Assembly (NCBI GenBank): GCA_035559535.1
Contig: DATMBG010000034.1
Span: 1 to 64,000, forward strand
Source of the DNA: Candidatus Limnocylindrales bacterium
GTDB taxonomy: Bacteria; Moduliflexota; Moduliflexia; Moduliflexales; JAUQPW01
Length of the DNA stretch: 64,000 bases
Direction: 5' to 3'
The translations under genes were made by a program, and so were the position numbers. Below, in pieces: positions 50,459 through 59,281 of this stretch. How positions within the stretch are numbered: the first letter of the stretch is position 1; each line of letters starts with the position of its first letter. A model generated the notes under the pieces. It had not been told where the DNA came from. It ran no database searches and worked only from the letters and a program-made list of their open reading frames with translations.

Positions 50459-51136
50459 TCATCTGGCCCGGCGCCGGTCCAGTGCGGCTTTGAGAATTTG
50501 GGTGAACTCGCCCATGACCATCTCGCGGCAGCGAATTGTCAAGTTATTGGTGTGAACTCTTCTACGCATCACCACGTTGGGCAGTATAACGATTTCGAGG
50601 GCTGCTTCTTGGGCCCGAGCATACCAATCAACAAACTGACCAACATGCCAATGCGTCGCAAACAGCCCAACACGCATAAATGCCGCCCGGCGAATCAGCA
50701 TCGCGCTGATGTGCAAGCCGTTCAATGTCATTCCTACAAATCGGGCAGACTGGGCAGCAACACCGGCATCGGTACTGCTGAATTGCTCGAACTGTCCAAA
50801 CACCGCGTCCAGTTCTGGCCGAGCCGCGAGGGTTGTCATTTGTCGCGTGAGTTTCTCTGGCATCCACACATCGTCCGCATCGAGAAACGCAAGAAACTCG
50901 CCGCGCGCCTGCTCGACGCCGTGATTGCGCGCCGCACCCGGTCCCTGGTGCAGCTGAAAGCAATAGCGCACTGGGAATTGCTGTGCCACACGCGCGCTCT
51001 CATCCGTCGAGCCATCGTCCACGACGATAATCTCGATGGGACGATAGGTCTGCGCCAGCACGCTCTTTATCGCTTCAGACAGGTAACGCTCACCGTTATA
51101 GACCGGGATAATGACGCTGACCAGTGATGCAGTCAT
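50459..51136 (-). CDS. Glycosyltransferase family 2
   Basis: VSVIIPVYN, VDDGSTD, ARN.G and FLDADD motifs. Confidence 0.92.
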   Translation of the reverse strand: MTASLVSVIIPVYNGERYLSEAIKSVLAQTYRPIEIIVVDDGSTDESARVAQQFPVRYCFQLHQGPGAARNHGVEQARGEFLAFLDADDVWMPEKLTRQMTTLAARPELDAVFGQFEQFSSTDAGVAAQSARFVGMTLNGLHISAMLIRRAAFMRVGLFATHWHVGQFVDWYARAQEAALEIVILPNVVMRRRVHTNNLTIRCREMVMGEFTQILKAALDRRRAR

Positions 51137-51839
51137 CTCCTAATGAGTGTTGGTAACTGGAAGAGTGCTCATCTTTATAATCCTTAAGCAGAAGACCGGC
51201 TTGCCTTATCAGTAATTTTTCGAACAGCCACCATGTAGCCTTTGTAATATCTCGATGTGAGAATGGAACTCGTTCAAGAACTGGTCGATTGCGATTGTCG
51301 GACGCTCCAAAAAGAGGCTTTTCAGGTTCCCACATATAATGATCAAAGATTAAGATGCTGTCTGGTTGAAGCAAAGCCCAGACTAACCGGGCGTCAGTCC
51401 CTACATCGGCGACACAATGACTCCCATCTATATAGATGATATCGTAACTGTTCTCACGCAGCAGTGGTAGGACGCCTTGTGACCTACCTATTATCTTGAT
51501 GACTTGAGACGTCCGCCCCGAGACCTGGATATTGTGATCGAACCGACTTTCGGCTCTTCGAGACCGAAAGATATCTACACAGATGATCAAGCAGGTAGGA
51601 TGGGTAAGAGTGTTCTCCAGGAACCAAAGTGCCGAACGCCCTTCGTAACTACCAATTTCAAGGAGACGCACGTAGGCTTTTCCTTTGAGATCACCCAGAC
51701 ATTTCCTCCAGACCGGTATTGCCTGTGCGGTATAGTCAGCCGTAAAAGGATGCACTAGGATGTGCCTCTTGAGCCTTTGCAGCAATCGTTCTAGCAGAAT
51801 GATTGCGGCGACTACTCTCTCAGGAATAACCGCCTTCAT
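51096..51839 (-). pseudogene. Class I SAM methyltransferase (Methyltransf_24-like) with C-terminal frameshifts
   Basis: LEIGSYEGRS and IYIDGSH motifs; alternative frames restore ERPTIAIDQFL and GYMVAVRK. Confidence 0.7.
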
Positions 51840-51843
51840 GCGC

Positions 51844-52536
51844 CTAACCTTCCTTCTTCAATTCACGCTTGCGCGCCACTGAACGTCTCAATGCAATAAA
51901 CACATTTTGCATATTCTCCGCCATGTTAACCGAGGTGTTCCTGTCGTGAATGCGCTTCAGTAATAGCACCCGATCAATCACTGCCATTGGCGTGCCAAGA
52001 TCATTCGCGCGGGCGAACCAATCGACATCTTCCGCTGTGCTCATCTGCGGGTCGAATATCCCAACGTGGTTAAACACTTGCCGTCGCGCAACGAGGGTCT
52101 GTATAAGACGGACCGACCAGTCGCCCTCCAGGATCTCTTGCCGGAGGAGCGTAGCGGGAAAGGGGCAGCCGGGTTCTAGAAAGAATTCGATTCGCGTGGT
52201 GGTGTATTGCACGTCGGGATGTTCGATCAAATAGCCAACCTGCACCTCCAGTTTCTCCGGCATCCACACATCGTCCGCGTCAAGAAACGCGAGGAATTCG
52301 CCATGCGCCTCCATGATGCCACGATTGCGCGCCGCGCCTGGACCACTGTGCGGCTGACGGTAATAGCGCACCGGATACCATTGGGCCACACGCGCGCTCT
52401 CATCCGTTGAGCCATCGTCCACGACGATAATCTCGATGGGACGATAGGTCTGTGCCAATACACTTTCAATTGCTTCCCCCAGATAGCGCGCGCTATTGTA
52501 GATTGGCACAACCACGCTGACGAGTGGCGCAGTCAT
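51844..52536 (-). CDS. Glycosyltransferase family 2
   Basis: VSVVVPIYN, VDDGSTD, FLDADD and EDVDW motifs. Confidence 0.92.
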   Translation of the reverse strand: MTAPLVSVVVPIYNSARYLGEAIESVLAQTYRPIEIIVVDDGSTDESARVAQWYPVRYYRQPHSGPGAARNRGIMEAHGEFLAFLDADDVWMPEKLEVQVGYLIEHPDVQYTTTRIEFFLEPGCPFPATLLRQEILEGDWSVRLIQTLVARRQVFNHVGIFDPQMSTAEDVDWFARANDLGTPMAVIDRVLLLKRIHDRNTSVNMAENMQNVFIALRRSVARKRELKKEG

Positions 52537-53576
52537 TGGAGTAGCATTTTCATCATGGTTTCCGATATCCGCTCCAGTTCTGTCCCCAGTTCAAGATGAT
52601 AACAGGGAATTTGTCTGACCAAATCGGCAAGGGCAAGGAATTCGAACTGTCCTGTGCCTGGGAATAGAAAGAGCGAACTCGGAGCGAAGGCTCGCAGTGC
52701 GGCGATCGGTGTAGCCAGGGTCAAAGTAGTTTCAGGACGCCCGGTGACCCGTGTCAGTAAAATCACCCGCACAGGCAAACCCGCGATCAAACTGCTCGGC
52801 TGATACTGATAGAGGTAAAGAAGCGCTTTTTCACTGGCGAGTTCTTCAGGGTTGCTAATGGCAGATAGCAAGGTCGGGAAATTCTCAAGGTGGACAGCAT
52901 TCAGTTTGGCAGAGTTGTAGAGGCTATAGACATACGGCACGCCATTAGGGACCAACAAGCAATAGTCGTCGCCGACATAGCGCCATCCTCCTACGAGAGC
53001 AGCTAAGGCGGTGGTTGATTTGCCACTACCTCCCGACCCTGCCAACAGAACCCCATCTTTCAAATGCCCAACCGCCCCGGCATGGACTAACAAACGCCCG
53101 TGTTGGCGCATCCACCAGTGGAGGATGGCACGCAGGGGAGCGCCCCGCTCGTAAGTCGGAACATGGCAAGCATCTCGAATCCAATACACTCCCAGGTTTT
53201 CTGTAATGTCCAGCGTGCTCACCGCGCCCACATCCGCAGATAGTGCAACATGGATGCGCGTATCACTGAAGCCGCGCACATCACCGCGCGCGATGCAGCC
53301 ATCTAATCCCCAAGGACGCGGCGGCATTGACGTGCCCGTCGAGGCGCTGTCCCACAGACAAATGGTCAAATCCGCCTCACCGATGTCGGAAGACACCGCC
53401 AGATGCTCCAGCGCCGGCGTGATAAACGGCACCAGTGCAGATCCCGCAAACCGCAGGCGAACGATATAACCCCCAATGGTGTAGTAGCGATCAATAGCAC
53501 CGCCGACGGTTTGCTCGGCGCGTTGATAGGCGTCGTATACGCCCTCGAAAAAGGCAAGCGGACTCGTCTCAGTCAT
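52533..53576 (-). CDS. HPr-kinase-like serine kinase (RiPP/lasso-cluster type)
   Basis: VHAGAV, Walker A GSGGSGKSTT, GDD; ATG at 53576 overlapping the PqqD gene end. Confidence 0.8.
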   Translation of the reverse strand: MTETSPLAFFEGVYDAYQRAEQTVGGAIDRYYTIGGYIVRLRFAGSALVPFITPALEHLAVSSDIGEADLTICLWDSASTGTSMPPRPWGLDGCIARGDVRGFSDTRIHVALSADVGAVSTLDITENLGVYWIRDACHVPTYERGAPLRAILHWWMRQHGRLLVHAGAVGHLKDGVLLAGSGGSGKSTTALAALVGGWRYVGDDYCLLVPNGVPYVYSLYNSAKLNAVHLENFPTLLSAISNPEELASEKALLYLYQYQPSSLIAGLPVRVILLTRVTGRPETTLTLATPIAALRAFAPSSLFLFPGTGQFEFLALADLVRQIPCYHLELGTELERISETMMKMLLQ

Positions 53577-54039
53577 GGTCCTCTTTCCTGATCGGCCAGC
53601 CCTGTTCATCCACTTCATGGATCGGATCGAGCAGCAACAAGTCTTGCAGATCGGTATACTTGTGGAGCGACGGCACCTGAAACGCGGAACGCGCCGCCAG
53701 ATTTGGATCCGGTATTGCGGGAGCAGCGTGGGGCACGGATGGTGCGTCATCCAACGGCGCAATGAGCGACTCGCGTTGCAACTCGATCAAGAACTGCTCC
53801 ACTCCTTGCTCGATGTCAGCGCAGTTGCCAGTATAGCGCTGGGTCAGCATGTGGATGATGTCGTTCACCGACGCGTTCTGCGCAATCTGTTCCCAGATCA
53901 CTGAGCCGACGCCATCAGTGCTGAAATATGCGCCGCTGTCGAAATCAATGATAATCGTCTCTCCGTCTATGGTCTGGTGAATCACTCTCGGAGTATTAAT
54001 CCTGAAAGTGGCTGATTGTAGCATTCTCTCCCTATTCAT
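53569..54039 (-). CDS. PqqD-family (RiPP recognition element) protein with leader-like C-terminal tail
   Basis: IDGETIII....GAYF....G..IW...F...L....LI core; tail FQVPSLHKYTDLQDLLLLDPIHEVDEQGWP. Confidence 0.85.
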   Translation of the reverse strand: MNRERMLQSATFRINTPRVIHQTIDGETIIIDFDSGAYFSTDGVGSVIWEQIAQNASVNDIIHMLTQRYTGNCADIEQGVEQFLIELQRESLIAPLDDAPSVPHAAPAIPDPNLAARSAFQVPSLHKYTDLQDLLLLDPIHEVDEQGWPIRKEDHD

Positions 54040-54070
54040 TATTCATCTCCTACGGCATTTGACCCCCTGT

Positions 54071-54096
54071 GCTTAACACGCACGAAACGGTTAGGA
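54071..54096 (-). other. Collapsed attC-like site (R''/R' cores only)
   Basis: Minus strand TCCTAAC-12 nt-GTTAAGC, between the end of one cassette remnant and the PqqD start. Confidence 0.45.
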
Positions 54097-54144
54097 CGAT
54101 GAGAATGTCAGCAAACGCCAGTTCTACGTTCGTATAGGTTCGAT

Positions 54145-54376
54145 CTAGGCATACTCGTACACGGGGACTTGAATCAAACGCTTGGGTTTACTTTGTTGCC
54201 AAGCCATCTTTTGGAGGCGTATCACTGTGTCGGGCGAAAACAACTGCTCGCCTCAGCACAGTCCCGAGCCCTGTTTTCTCAGCGAGAGTATCTCCCTTTT
54301 TGACTACTTTGAGCAAGGGACTGAAAGGGCCTAATGTAGCTTCAAATATCTCTGTTTAACATTTCAGACACTTCAT
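54145..54376 (-). pseudogene. Degraded cassette(s): zinc-ribbon start plus YgiT-type zinc-finger C-terminus
   Basis: GGAGGAGG, MKCLKC*; in another frame C*GEQLFSPDTVIRLQKMAW...P.RLIQVPVYEYA*. Confidence 0.55.
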
Positions 54377-54440
54377 TGCCTCCTCCTCAAGTGATCAGAT
54401 TTAGGTATATTCTAGCCGTCCTTCGCCATAAAAAGACGCC

Positions 54441-54513
54441 AGCTAACACTGAAGCTCACCTGCCACTATAGAGCGCCAGTGGAATAGCGGTTAAGTGGAG
54501 CGTCTTGTTGGGC
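54441..54513 (-). other. attC recombination site
   Basis: Minus strand GCCCAAC...GCTCCACTTAACCGCTAT...ATAGTGGCAGGTGAGC...GTTAGCT; imperfect hairpin with extrahelical bases, 73 bp. Confidence 0.85.
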
Positions 54514-54545
54514 AGTATGAGGTCTGACACCGCGTCGAACCGCGA

Positions 54546-55418
54546 TCAGCGACCACTCCTTTGCCAAGCGTCAGCAGTCTCTCGGGCGAAGTCACGGTAG
54601 TTGCGAGGAGCGTGACCCAATAGTTCCGTCAATGCCTCGATGTCATTGTCGTTCGCGATAAAGCCGCGCTCCACAAACCCTTGGAACATCATACGCAAAT
54701 CGAAGGCCAACCAATTCGGAACGTTCTGCCGCATTTGTTCTTCCCACGCGTCGAAGTCATGTCCCGCATAGCTAATTTCCTTTTGCAGGATCTCACTCCA
54801 TATCGAGGCTGCACCCGGACCGCTCAAGAGGCTCGGGCCGACCAGGTTGTAGATTTTACCTTGATGGCCGTCGCTCGTCAGGACAATGGCCGCGGCTTCG
54901 GCGATGTCACGCACGTCTACCGCTGAAATACCCTGTGAGCCCAAGGGCATTGGGTAAATCCCAGCCACTGTCAGCGGTTCCTTCAGCATCGCATCATTTT
55001 GAAAGAAGTAGCTCGGGCGGAGAATGGTGTAGGGGACATCGAAATCCTTCAGCGCTGCTTCGATCATCAACTTCGACGCGAAGTGCGGTACGTCCTTGAA
55101 ACGATCCGCTTGAAAAACCGATTGGTACACCACATGCTGAATCTTCAGCTTCTTTGCCAGATTGCAGACGATGAGACCCTGCGTCAACTCGTCAGGAACG
55201 ACCGCATTCAGCAAATACACTTTCTCTACGCCATCGAGCGCTTGTTCAATTGTAACTGGATCGAGCAAATCGCCAATGGCAACTTCAACGTCCGACGGGA
55301 GCGTCTTGCTCTTGGCCTCGCTGCGAACCAGTGAGCGGACGTTCGTATTGCGTTTCCGGAGCTCCTTGATCACCTGAGAGCCAACCCTACCGGTGCTGCC
55401 TGTTACCAGAATCTTCAT
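54546..55418 (-). CDS. NmrA-family NAD(P)-binding protein (integron cassette 2)
   Basis: TGSTGRVG, H..SK..IE, LRP..FFQN and VDVRDIA motifs; bounded by attC sites. Confidence 0.9.
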   Translation of the reverse strand: MKILVTGSTGRVGSQVIKELRKRNTNVRSLVRSEAKSKTLPSDVEVAIGDLLDPVTIEQALDGVEKVYLLNAVVPDELTQGLIVCNLAKKLKIQHVVYQSVFQADRFKDVPHFASKLMIEAALKDFDVPYTILRPSYFFQNDAMLKEPLTVAGIYPMPLGSQGISAVDVRDIAEAAAIVLTSDGHQGKIYNLVGPSLLSGPGAASIWSEILQKEISYAGHDFDAWEEQMRQNVPNWLAFDLRMMFQGFVERGFIANDNDIEALTELLGHAPRNYRDFARETADAWQRSGR

Positions 55419-55453
55419 CTTGAAGGATCCTCTTGCGCTATGCGTTTTGGACC

Positions 55454-55521
55454 ACCTAACGGCCTGCGCTTGAGCGGCGGCTAAGCGCAGCGAAGCCGTC
55501 CGCTCAAAGCGCTTGTTGGGC
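55454..55521 (-). other. attC recombination site
   Basis: Minus strand GCCCAAC-AAGCGCTTTGAGCGGACGGC...GCCGCCGCTCAAGCGC-AGGCC-GTTAGGT, 68 bp. Confidence 0.9.
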
Positions 55522-55526
55522 GGGCA

Positions 55527-55883
55527 TTACTCATCAAAGCGGCGAATGCGAAAGATTTCTGGCGCAATAACGGCAAAGGCACGTGGCAATTGGGCAGCAT
55601 GTTGATTGATCGCCAAAGCCACTATCTCTGCCTTCCGGGTAGGTGATAGTCCTGCCAGGCGTATCAATATAATCCCGTGTGCATAAAGACGCTGACGAAA
55701 GATCATCTCCCCAAAATCCTTATCCGCAGTCAGTAGCAAAGCGGTTTCCTGATTCGCTCGTGCCAAAACAACATCATCGGATATTCCTGGCTCCATTTCG
55801 GCAACATACCACACCACATGACCATCTCGCCGAAGACGCTCAACAATATGACGGTCAACACTTTCATCAGCCACGAAATTCAT
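55527..55883 (-). CDS. DUF5615 PIN-like toxin (cassette 1)
   Basis: F.ADE, GH.V, SDD.VL, LLT.DKDFG and G.I..RL motifs. Confidence 0.88.
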   Translation of the reverse strand: MNFVADESVDRHIVERLRRDGHVVWYVAEMEPGISDDVVLARANQETALLLTADKDFGEMIFRQRLYAHGIILIRLAGLSPTRKAEIVALAINQHAAQLPRAFAVIAPEIFRIRRFDE

Positions 55884-56116
55884 GTTTCCGTCTCAGCCAC
55901 AGGGTAAATCACGTCAGCGCGCAAGGCTTCTTTGGCAAAGGCGATAGCTGCCAGCACTGCTTCGCGTGTCAGCCGAGGGTGGGCCTCAAGAATCTGTTCG
56001 ATGGTTTCCCCTGCCGCCAATTTCTCCAGAATGAGTTCCACCGTGATGCGCGTGCCTGCGACCACAGGTTTGCCCATCATAATTTTGGGATTTGATACGA
56101 TCAATTGCTTTTCCAT
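55880..56116 (-). CDS. DUF433 antitoxin (cassette 1)
   Basis: NP.IM.GKPVV.GTRITV..IL..LA.G....IL..HP.L. Confidence 0.92.
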   Translation of the reverse strand: MEKQLIVSNPKIMMGKPVVAGTRITVELILEKLAAGETIEQILEAHPRLTREAVLAAIAFAKEALRADVIYPVAETET

Positions 56117-56145
56117 ATGAATCACCTTTCACAACTACTATGCCC

Positions 56146-56165
56146 GCCCAACATGAAATAAACAC
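56146..56165 (-). other. Putative attI site
   Basis: Minus strand GTGTTTATTTCAT-GTTGGGC; the following GTTGGGCGGGCA is exactly complementary to TGCCCGCCCAAC at the end of cassette 1. Confidence 0.75.
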
Positions 56166-56494
56166 CAAAAGTGTCCGAATATCCAGCCCTCTGGACTATC
56201 CCTATTACCCCATTTTAGGAGTATTTCTCCAGGAAATTCAGACATTACACACCAAAAGCGTCCTTTTCCTTGTTTTTAATAGACCTCTTCTCGAGTGTAT
56301 TTCCCTGATTTACTTATATCCTAAGTCGTGGTTTCCCCTTAACTTCTCCATGCTTCGGTAGAATTTTACCCCTCTATTCTTTGAAATATTCATACCGAAA
56401 ACTACACCGCAAGATATTACACTTTTATACGATGTTGCACGAGGAGCTACTCTACAACTCGATAAACAAAAATCATCGTCACTTAAGCTAGTTC

Positions 56495-56524
56495 ATTTTA
56501 AAATTACAAAACAAATCTTGTAAA
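56495..56524 (-). promoter_or_regulatory. Putative cassette promoter (Pc-like)
   Basis: TTTACA-18 nt-TAAAAT pointing toward attI; positionally homologous to the promoter at 47046-47074. Confidence 0.55.
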
Positions 56525-56645
56525 GAAAAAATTTCTTTTTTCCAAAACTCGACTATATTTTTTTCCAAAAAATGCGCCTTAATTTCGGTAGTTAACCGTC
56601 TCGGTTGACATGAGTTTATTTTTTACTGTGAAAAGGAGGAATACC

Positions 56646-57100
56646 ATGCCAGAAAAACCCAAACTGCTCGATCCATTACACAATACCCTCCGTCCCACAA
56701 GCCCTACAGCAAACGCTAAGATTTGGCTTATGTGGATGGGAATAAACGCTTTATTTACTGTCAAGGGGGACGTTTAACCTACTCAGGGGGATGTTTCTTG
56801 TTGGGAAACAGTAGGTTAAGTGTCTCCCTTGACAGAGTAATGGGGGCAAAGGAGGTGGAGGAGTTTATAACCCATCTGGCCCGTGAGCAAACCGTGGTGG
56901 TCAGTACGCAGAATCAGGCATTAAATGCTATTGTGTTTCTCTACAAAGAGGTTTTGGGAATTAAATTCAACCAATTACACGTAGAACAGGCAAAAAAGCC
57001 TGAAAAGCTGCCGGGGGTCTTTACGTGTAGGGAGTCATCAGTCCGGCAGAGAGGATGTAAAAATTTTGATGGTTCTGGCTTAAAAATTCTTCTGGGCTAA
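56646..57100 (+). pseudogene. intI: Integron integrase pseudogene (N-terminal domain only)
   Basis: AGGAGG RBS, MPEKPKLLD, frameshift and stop, then AYVD..KRFI and MGAKEVEEFITHLA....STQNQALNAIVFLYKEVL...AKKPEKLP.V; catalytic domain absent. Confidence 0.9.
56759..56834. mobile_element. 76-bp MITE-like insertion inside intI
   Basis: 25-bp imperfect IR TGTCAAGGGGGACGTTTAACCTACT / AGTAGGTTAAGTGTCTCCCTTGACA. Confidence 0.7.
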
Positions 57101-57234
57101 AACTCCCGTCGGCAAACGCTATCCTGCCTAAGGATCCGGGTCAATTTAGTCGGTATCTTAGTTCCGTTAGGAGTGATCTATTCATAGCAAAATCTTTTGA
57201 CTTTCCCTGCTATAATTAGATTGCCCCGCTGGGG

Positions 57235-57393
57235 CCGTAGTATTAAGTTAAGGGTGGAAGTCCTTGTTAAAGACAAAAACACCCCCACCCTCTTCCTCCC
57301 CCGCTTCGCAGGAGAGTGGACTTGGACCACAGCGTTCCTTCCCCTGCGGTAGCGGGGGAAGGTCAGGAAGGGGGCCTTAACTTAAGGTCATGG
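57235..57393. mobile_element. MITE-like element nested in a REP-like repeat
   Basis: IR ...TTAAGTTAAGG / CCTTAACTTAA...; flanking CGCTGGGG duplicated; internal CCCCCGC/GCGGGGG palindrome. Confidence 0.6.
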
Positions 57394-57577
57394 TGCGCTG
57401 GGGCTGTACAACAAGAATTACCTATCCCCAACTGATTAGCACTGATAGCTCGCCTAAAATCCCGTTGACATTTCTTTCCATTCATGCTAACACTTGTTAG
57501 TCATACAGATTTCGTAGACTTTACATTTGTTTTGAGGGGTTGGTAGTTTTTACTTTTTATAAAGGAGAATATAGCGT

Positions 57578-59281
57578 ATGCCCACACTACCCACACAGCG
57601 AAACCTGCCCTCCGGCACTCCAGGCCGGAATAATTCCTCCCTTTCAAAACCTCGAAGGCTTTCTTTAAGGCTGGCCTTAGGGTCTATTACAGAAGTGGAC
57701 GCTTCCGCACTGGTTGTAGGACACTTTAAAGGCGTTGCCCCCCGTAGTGCAGAACTTGCCGTTGATCAGGCCATTGGATCGATTATTAATGATTTCGAGA
57801 ATCGGCGGATGATCAGTGGAAATCTGGGGGAGATTTTCTTTATTCCAACACACCGAACCAGGTTATACGCTTCTACGGTGATACTGGCCGGATTGGGTAA
57901 CTTCTCCAGCTTTACCAAGGATAGTTTGAGACTGGTGGGAATGAATCTTATCAAAGGGCTGGTAAGTACCAAAATTTATGATTTCGGTATTGTTTTAATG
58001 GGCTCCAATGCAGGAAATTTATCGGTAGAAGATGCGACTCGAACCCTTATATACGGAATCTATGAAGGACTACAGAATTATGATCCAGACGGCAGGATCC
58101 AGGAAATGACCCTGGCCGAGATCAATGAGGAGAAATATCGAAAAATCCGAGAGGTCCTTTTGAATTTCCTGAAAAGTGATCTCTTAACTCAAAAACTGGA
58201 TATCTCCTTTTCTGAATGTGCCTTGACCGGAATCCAGGCCGAACCGACCAAGGAAAAAATATCTCCTTTAAATATTGTAATTCGAACCGAGGGAACCAAA
58301 CTTATTTTTTCTGCCCTGGGAGAGTCGGCTACCCTGCGTAAGGAGCAAGTCATCTCTCCAAAAATCATCGAAGGCATCCGGAAGAAATTGGAGGATTCGT
58401 ATGGAAAACCTCAGGCCGAAGAAATTCAAAAAGCCCATGGAAAACTCCTCTTTGACCAGGTGGTCCCGGAAGATATCCAGAAGGTTATCCTGGCCTGCAA
58501 GGGTCGTCCCATCGCGTTATCCTTAGATTCCTATGCAGCTTCTATTCCCTGGGAGCTTATGTACACCGATCGCCCAGACTGTCCGGGTTTTCTGGGACTC
58601 AACTTCCCCATTGGCCGACAGCTTATGATTGATGCCCCGGTTACCAAGTGGCTGGCCCGCAGAAAGATAAAAGGTAAGCTAGACTTCCTTTTAATAGGGG
58701 ATCCCACTGCAGATCTCCCGGGAGCTGCCGAGGAGGCAAGGATCCTTTCAAGGTTTTTGAACTCTTTACAGGGAGTTCAGGTAACCACCCAAATAGGACC
58801 CAAAGACAACACTGCTGAAGAGGTTTTAGCTCAATTAGGTTCAGGAACCTACGATATCGTCCATTATGCCGGACATGCCTATTTTGATCGGCGAGATCCC
58901 TCTGAAAGTGCCTGGATATTTAAGGACGGGGGAAGGGTGCGCGCCCGGGATTTGGTAAATCTATCCAGCCTTCCGGCATTGCTTTTTTCAAATGCCTGTG
59001 AAGCCGGAGTTGTTGAGCCGATTTACCATACGGATAAATACGGGGTCGCAGAAGCTCTCCTGCGGGCGGGTCTTATTAACTATATCGGAACCTTCTGGCA
59101 AATCAACGACTCACCGGGAGCTTTTTTTGCCGGAAAATTCTATGAAAAACTCCTCCAGGAAAGAACTATCGGAGAATCTTTGGTTGAAGCCAGAAAAGAT
59201 ATGATTCGAAAATTCGGCTACAAAGAGTTAAACTGGGGAAGTTATATGTTATACGGAAATCCAATGTTTCGATTTAAGTAG
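57578..59281 (+). CDS. CHAT (caspase-like) domain protein with N-terminal macro/peptidase-M17-N-like domain
   Basis: IPWEL, IGDPT.DLPGA.EEA, HYAGH, SNACE, YIGT.W and W..Y.LYG.P motifs; N-terminal LGSI....A.VVG.F...VD...GE.F...AGLG. Confidence 0.85.
   Translation: MPTLPTQRNLPSGTPGRNNSSLSKPRRLSLRLALGSITEVDASALVVGHFKGVAPRSAELAVDQAIGSIINDFENRRMISGNLGEIFFIPTHRTRLYASTVILAGLGNFSSFTKDSLRLVGMNLIKGLVSTKIYDFGIVLMGSNAGNLSVEDATRTLIYGIYEGLQNYDPDGRIQEMTLAEINEEKYRKIREVLLNFLKSDLLTQKLDISFSECALTGIQAEPTKEKISPLNIVIRTEGTKLIFSALGESATLRKEQVISPKIIEGIRKKLEDSYGKPQAEEIQKAHGKLLFDQVVPEDIQKVILACKGRPIALSLDSYAASIPWELMYTDRPDCPGFLGLNFPIGRQLMIDAPVTKWLARRKIKGKLDFLLIGDPTADLPGAAEEARILSRFLNSLQGVQVTTQIGPKDNTAEEVLAQLGSGTYDIVHYAGHAYFDRRDPSESAWIFKDGGRVRARDLVNLSSLPALLFSNACEAGVVEPIYHTDKYGVAEALLRAGLINYIGTFWQINDSPGAFFAGKFYEKLLQERTIGESLVEARKDMIRKFGYKELNWGSYMLYGNPMFRFK

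Larger units (their letters stand above)
42924..57100 (-). mobile_element. Decaying chromosomal integron (intI pseudogene, attI, cassette array on the minus strand)
   Basis: Divergent intI remnant, attI-type GTT core, two canonical attC hairpins, several degenerate core sites; all cargo ORFs co-oriented on the minus strand. Confidence 0.8.

Noticed and set aside
50390-51127. 245-aa plus-strand ORF
   Set aside because: Antisense shadow of the GT2 gene
53577-53762. N-terminal extension of the kinase ORF
   Set aside because: Overlaps the PqqD gene in another frame; the ATG at 53576 with an upstream AGGAAAGAGGA fits better
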